NCBI GenBank assembly: GCA_030698395.1
Contig: JAUYKW010000026.1
Location: forward strand, 12,797-76,796
From: a bacterium
GTDB lineage: Bacteria > Patescibacteriota > Patescibacteriia > UBA9570
DNA length: 64,000 bases
Reading direction: 5' to 3'
Positions 59,536 through 64,000 of this stretch are shown piece by piece. How positions within the stretch are numbered: position 1 is the stretch's first letter; every line of letters begins with the position of its first letter. The notes under the pieces were generated by a model. The model was not told where the DNA came from. It ran no database searches and worked only from the letters and a program-made list of their open reading frames with translations. A program made the translations under genes and the position numbers.

Positions 59536-60652
59536 TATACTAATCTATTCAATTTTACTACTACTACCAACCTATCTGGTAAATTTTCAATTTGGTGCTA
59601 TCTCACTAAACTTATTAGACGTAATAATTTTAATCAATTTTTCCATATTTTTATTTAGATTTCGAAATAATATTCAGCTCGGTAACTGGAAATATTTAAT
59701 GGGGTTATTTTTAATCCTAGGCGCCACAGCAGCTTTGATTTCACCAAATTTATTATCTGCTATTGGCATCTACAAAAGCTATATTTTAGAGCCCGTGTTA
59801 GTGGGAATTATGATTTTGACGCTAAAACCACCGTTTCATAAAATTATTTATGCACTGTCTAGTCTAGCATTATTCATTATGATCATTGGATTATTTCAAT
59901 ATATCAGTGGCTATGGCATTCCTGCGCCGTGGAATGTTAGAGGCGATGGTTTTAGAATCACCAGCATATATCCTTATCCAAATGCTGTTGGCTTAATTAT
60001 TGCTCCAATTTTGGCAATGTTAACCGCCTGGCTTATTCATATAAAAAACCATCGCCAAATATTTATCTATCTTGTATTGTTTGGCTTCGCAATACTATTA
60101 TTTGCCCGCGCTGATGGCGCAATAGTAGCTCTACTGGCAGCCATGATTGTTAGCATGCTTTACACAAGATGGCGCTGGATTGCAATTGTTAGTTTTCTAA
60201 TTGTCCTTGCACTAGGTTTTTTATGGCAACCTACAAGAGAAATACTATTATTTCAAGATACATCAGGCGAAGTTCGGCTTGCCATTTGGGAAGGAACCTT
60301 TAACCTATTAAAAGATCATCCAATAGTAGGAGCTGGACTTGCGGGTTTTCCTGATGCTTACCAGAACTATAAATTAGATAGACACGTAGAACTATTACTC
60401 TATCCGCATAATATATTTTTAAATTTTTGGGTAGAGTTAGGAATTGCCGGATTAATTTGGTTACTGTTCGCATTGGTAACTTTCTTAAAAAATATTATTA
60501 CTAGTAAATCAAATCAAAAAATTATTTTACTAGCTGGCATGACAGCAATAATAGTTTATGGATTAGTTGATGTACCATACTTCAAAAATGATTTAGCTAT
60601 TATTTTTTGGACATTACTTACCATGAGTAGTGTTATTGCTGAAAAAAAATAA
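59519..60652 (+). CDS. second O-antigen ligase/polymerase-like membrane protein
   Basis: Similar topology. The tandem arrangement suggests paralogy. Confidence 0.55.
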   Translation: MKKKDSILIYSILLLLPTYLVNFQFGAISLNLLDVIILINFSIFLFRFRNNIQLGNWKYLMGLFLILGATAALISPNLLSAIGIYKSYILEPVLVGIMILTLKPPFHKIIYALSSLALFIMIIGLFQYISGYGIPAPWNVRGDGFRITSIYPYPNAVGLIIAPILAMLTAWLIHIKNHRQIFIYLVLFGFAILLFARADGAIVALLAAMIVSMLYTRWRWIAIVSFLIVLALGFLWQPTREILLFQDTSGEVRLAIWEGTFNLLKDHPIVGAGLAGFPDAYQNYKLDRHVELLLYPHNIFLNFWVELGIAGLIWLLFALVTFLKNIITSKSNQKIILLAGMTAIIVYGLVDVPYFKNDLAIIFWTLLTMSSVIAEKK

Positions 60653-60743
60653 GTTAACTATTTTTCCATGGCCTTTACAAAAGGTCTTTTTTTTGATATA
60701 ATAATTGTAATTCAAGTTTCTCTGCAGCCAAAATAAAAACAAA

Positions 60744-62519
60744 ATGTACTACTTAAAACATCAAATAAAATTTGTAGGAGTCTTTGTAACTGTTTTTTGT
60801 TTACTAACAGCCCTAGCCTTAATAGACACAGTATCTGCTGATCAACCAGGTACAGTTGCTACTACCATATCTCACACACCAACGGATGAAGAATTATCAT
60901 CTGTTTTATTTTCTAATGACATTGATTCAAATCAAGAATATATATCTCCTGAATTCAATACAGAATTTGAATTTAATGGAGCTGGTCTTACCTGGATAGG
61001 TAATGCAAAAGCAAAAGTAAATTTCTTTATCAGGATTGTAGATGGAGAATGGATAGAAGTTCCGATGATGAATAGTGAAGCTAAGGATAAAAATGAGACA
61101 AATGTTTCTGCTCCTATATTCTTCCAAGGTAACACTTTACAATATAAATTAGTCGGAAAAGATATAAAACAAATACAAAATGTTCGTCTTACATATTTTG
61201 ATTCTACACCACCACCAGAAACATCAACTTTAAAATCTATTAAAACTGCTTTTAATCGTAAACTAACTCAATCCTATAAATTAAATATAATTAGTCGCGA
61301 AGAATGGGGTGCCGATGAATCATATCAAACATGGTCTCCTAGTTACACAGATCCACAAATGTTTATCATTCATCATACCGCAGGTGGTGATAGCAATTCC
61401 GATCCAGCTGCCATGATTAGAGGAATTTATTATTGGCATGCAATTGTATTAGGCTGGGGAGATATTGGCTACAATTATATTATTGATCAACAAGGTAATG
61501 TATATGAAGGTAGATACGGAGGCGATGGAGTTATTGGTGCACACACATACAACGATGCAACAAACACAAATTACAATCTAAATAGCATTGGCATTGCCAT
61601 ACTTGGATGCTATGAAGACAAAACTGGTGCATGTGGAACTACTAGCGAATACAGCACACCGATTCATCAGGCAATTACAGACCTTATTTCAAAAAAGGCC
61701 AATAAATTCAAAATAAAACCGCAAGGTACAAACCTTTATGCATCAACTGAAATATCAAATGTACTTGGACACAGTGATGTAGATCAAACCTACTGCCCCG
61801 GCAGTATCGTACATAACAAGTTAGTAAATGTTAGAAACACTGCAGCAATAAAATATCAAAAATTAGTAAATAAAAAACCACCTTATAGAACAGAGTTAGT
61901 AAATAGCACCCTACCTCAATCCTATATAGTAGGAAACGACACTGATTTATCAATAACATACAAAAACACTGGATTGTATAAATGGAATCCAACTGAAGTA
62001 GTTGCTCAAATTTCTGTAATGCGAAAAAATAAGCGGAAACGAATTGAAATTCCAGAAATAATATATAAAAGAGCTGAATTAAATATATCTACCGATTTAG
62101 ATAAATTAACTCAAAAAAGCGGCGACTACACAGCTCTAATTAAATTGTATCGCAAAGGAAAAGTTATTAAAGGAAGTAGAGTAAAATACGTATATTCAGT
62201 ATCAAATCCTTATCGAGCAAAAATAATTGGATCAAGTCTACCAATCGCAATTAAAAATAATTGGTCGCCAACTACAAATATTACTTTACGGAATACAGGA
62301 GAAATAGATTGGGACAAAAAAACCGAAATTATCGTGAATGGCAATACGGCAGGCTATCTAAAAAAGGATATTCCTACAGGAGAAAAAGTTACAATAAAAA
62401 TAATACTTAATCCAAATCAAGACTGGGATATTGGGAATAAGAATGTTGAGATTCGCTTACAAAATAATGGGGCACGAATCCAAGGATCTAGAATAAAACA
62501 AACGATACGCGTAGACTAA
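60744..62519 (+). CDS. secreted N-acetylmuramoyl-L-alanine amidase (Amidase_2/PGRP domain) with extra N- and C-terminal domains
   Basis: FIIHHTAGG ... GYNYIIDQQGNVYEGR ... AHTYN zinc-amidase signature. Confidence 0.75.
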   Translation: MYYLKHQIKFVGVFVTVFCLLTALALIDTVSADQPGTVATTISHTPTDEELSSVLFSNDIDSNQEYISPEFNTEFEFNGAGLTWIGNAKAKVNFFIRIVDGEWIEVPMMNSEAKDKNETNVSAPIFFQGNTLQYKLVGKDIKQIQNVRLTYFDSTPPPETSTLKSIKTAFNRKLTQSYKLNIISREEWGADESYQTWSPSYTDPQMFIIHHTAGGDSNSDPAAMIRGIYYWHAIVLGWGDIGYNYIIDQQGNVYEGRYGGDGVIGAHTYNDATNTNYNLNSIGIAILGCYEDKTGACGTTSEYSTPIHQAITDLISKKANKFKIKPQGTNLYASTEISNVLGHSDVDQTYCPGSIVHNKLVNVRNTAAIKYQKLVNKKPPYRTELVNSTLPQSYIVGNDTDLSITYKNTGLYKWNPTEVVAQISVMRKNKRKRIEIPEIIYKRAELNISTDLDKLTQKSGDYTALIKLYRKGKVIKGSRVKYVYSVSNPYRAKIIGSSLPIAIKNNWSPTTNITLRNTGEIDWDKKTEIIVNGNTAGYLKKDIPTGEKVTIKIILNPNQDWDIGNKNVEIRLQNNGARIQGSRIKQTIRVD

Positions 62520-62559
62520 AATAGCCCCAGTTTTTCTGGGGCTATTTCTTTTCCTGTTA

Positions 62560-62751
62560 CTACTTTTTCTTTCGCTTTTTTGCCGGTTTACGCTTAGCTA
62601 CTTTCTTTTTAGCTGGTTTTTTCGCAACCTTCTTTTTAGCTGGTTTACGTTTTGCCGGTTTACGCTTAGCTACTTTCTTTTTAGCTGGTTTTTTCGCAAC
62701 CGCCTTTTTAGCTGGCTTACGCTTAGCTACTTTCTTTTTTTTCACTGGCAT
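62560..62751 (-). CDS. histone H1-like Lys/Ala-rich basic repeat protein
   Basis: KKVAKRKPAKK repeats. The DNA carries two exact 72-bp direct repeats. Confidence 0.6.
   Translation of the reverse strand: MPVKKKKVAKRKPAKKAVAKKPAKKKVAKRKPAKRKPAKKKVAKKPAKKKVAKRKPAKKRKKK
62581..62724. repeat. two exact roughly 48-bp units with 72-bp periodicity inside the KAKK-repeat gene
   Basis: TGCCGGTTTACGCTTAGCTACTTTCTTTTTAGCTGGTTTTTTCGCAACC begins at both 62581 and 62653. Confidence 0.6.
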
Positions 62752-62844
62752 TTTTTTCCACCTCCTTTCAAATTTATATAAAATTTTCTTGCTTTCTTAA
62801 TTATAATTTTAAAAGCAATTATCTGTCAATGTATTTTATAATAA

Positions 62845-63219
62845 TTATGCTAAATATTTTTTTATTTTTTCTAATAACTCATCAATTGATGTTGAATTCT
62901 TTATACAATAATCAACTGCACCTAACTCTAAACCTTTTGCTATATCTGAATCTTGTCCAAGATTAGATAAAATAATAACGGGAATATTTTTTATTGATGC
63001 ATCCTTTTTAATTTTTTTTAAAAACATAAAGCCATCCATAACTGGTAATAAAATATCCAACAAAACCAAATCAGGTTTTTCTTTTCGCAATATTTTATAC
63101 CCTTTCTTCCCATTATTAGCTAAAATAACATTATATCCACGTTCAGTTAACATCTTAATATAAATATCATAAAGAATTTCTTCATCTTCTACAAGTAATA
63201 TATTTTTGCTTATAGCCAT
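62845..63219 (-). CDS. single-domain response regulator (CheY-like receiver)
   Basis: LLVEDEE ... DLVLLDILLP ... K receiver motifs. No output domain. Confidence 0.8.
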   Translation of the reverse strand: MAISKNILLVEDEEILYDIYIKMLTERGYNVILANNGKKGYKILRKEKPDLVLLDILLPVMDGFMFLKKIKKDASIKNIPVIILSNLGQDSDIAKGLELGAVDYCIKNSTSIDELLEKIKKYLA

Positions 63220-63227
63220 ATATTTAT

Positions 63228-64000
63228 TTATTTAATTTTCTTTAATTTTGGTATGCTAATGTAAATTTTAGTACCCTTCCCTTCAATACTATCAAGCCAC
63301 ATATCTCCTCCAGATAATTCTACTATCTGTTTAGCAATAGATAATCCCAAGCCTGTACCAACTGTGCTTAAACTTAAAACATTTTCCGCTCTGAAAAACT
63401 CTGTAAATACTCTTTTTTGCTGATCATCAGGAATACCTACGCCAGTATCCTCAAATGCAAAAATTACATTGCGTTGACTTGTTTCACTGGTTATTATAAT
63501 TTTCCCATGCAGTTTATTATACTTTATTGCATTACTAATAATATTCTGAATTACTATCCGAATCATAGCCGGATCAATATTAACTAGTGGTGTCTTATCT
63601 ACTTTATTCTCCATAACAATCTGGATATCTTTTTCATCAATTACAAAATGTTCTTCCTTAATAATTTCTGCAATTAATTTTTGTAATGCAACCGGCTTTT
63701 TAGCAAATTTTATTCTTCCTTGTTCAATTTGTGAACTTTTGAGCAAATTATTTACTAAAGTAATTGCCCGTTTAGAACTTTGATCTATATGCTTTATATA
63801 TTTTGATTGTTCCTTATTCAATTTACCTAAATAACCATTAATAAATAATTCGCTTGATAATTTAATAGCTGATAATGGCGTTTGTAATTGATGCGAAGCA
63901 ATGGAAATAAATTCGGCGCGCATTTTACTTAATTCCTTCCGTACACTACAATCTCTAACAATACTAACAACTCCTACCACCTTATTTTTTATTGAAATGG
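63228..64000 (-). CDS. sensor histidine kinase (HisKA plus HATPase_c), N-terminus beyond the window end
   Basis: H-box SIASHQLQTPLSAI and G-box GTGLGLSIAKQIVE. The reading frame remains open to the window edge, and the M in the track is a GTG inside the ORF. Confidence 0.8.
   Translation of the reverse strand, partial: ISIKNKVVGVVSIVRDCSVRKELSKMRAEFISIASHQLQTPLSAIKLSSELFINGYLGKLNKEQSKYIKHIDQSSKRAITLVNNLLKSSQIEQGRIKFAKKPVALQKLIAEIIKEEHFVIDEKDIQIVMENKVDKTPLVNIDPAMIRIVIQNIISNAIKYNKLHGKIIITSETSQRNVIFAFEDTGVGIPDDQQKRVFTEFFRAENVLSLSTVGTGLGLSIAKQIVELSGGDMWLDSIEGKGTKIYISIPKLKKIK

Noticed and set aside
1-64000. CRISPR arrays, rRNA genes, intact prophage or conjugative element
   Set aside because: No regularly spaced direct repeats, no rRNA-like conserved blocks, and no capsid, terminase, relaxase or T4SS genes seen.

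Overview
The window is low-GC (roughly one-third GC), compact, mostly coding chromosomal sequence with a standard genetic code. The gene content and architecture suggest a Patescibacteria/CPR-type (possibly Saccharibacteria-like) cell; this is inference. Clearly recognisable housekeeping genes include a partial comM/yifB N-terminus, lspA, gmk, pnp, rpsO, an NYN domain gene, a Xer-type tyrosine recombinase, a CCA tRNA nucleotidyltransferase, valS, tsaD, ruvB, queA, an Hsp20, a DHH (NrnA-like) phosphoesterase, a PilB/GspE ATPase and a Usp plus permease pair. There is an ECF sigma / membrane protein / Spy-like operon. There are four tRNAs (Arg-TCT, Met-CAT, His-GTG with G-1, Glu-TTC). Envelope genes include two secreted clan GH-A glycoside hydrolases, VanW, SpoIID, a PGRP-type amidase, a flippase, a GT4 and two O-antigen-ligase-like genes, followed by a KAKK-repeat histone-H1-like protein and a two-component pair that runs off the window end. 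The most unusual signal is a mosaic of at least eight short high-GC islands (roughly 50-60 percent GC, 0.3 to 2.4 kb) embedded in the AT-rich backbone. They carry three SD-equipped small membrane proteins with acidic tails that resemble one another, a tandem trio of paralogous roughly 140-175 aa proteins, an orphan class-IV aminotransferase-like gene, an MraZ-like gene and a truncated purine nucleoside phosphorylase fragment. Several islands sit next to a family of REP-like perfect palindromes (core GACATGCCATGGCATGTC), four copies of which were found. One copy lies inside a degraded HUH (IS200/RAYT-like) transposase fragment. Other finds are a roughly 400-nt transcribed but non-coding region with a strong promoter, a 36-bp perfect palindromic operator and a terminator upstream of the dksA-like/lspA operon; partial duplications of tRNA 5' ends upstream of tRNA-Met and tRNA-Glu; and a large nested-hairpin element at the edge of the biggest island. 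No CRISPR array was seen.
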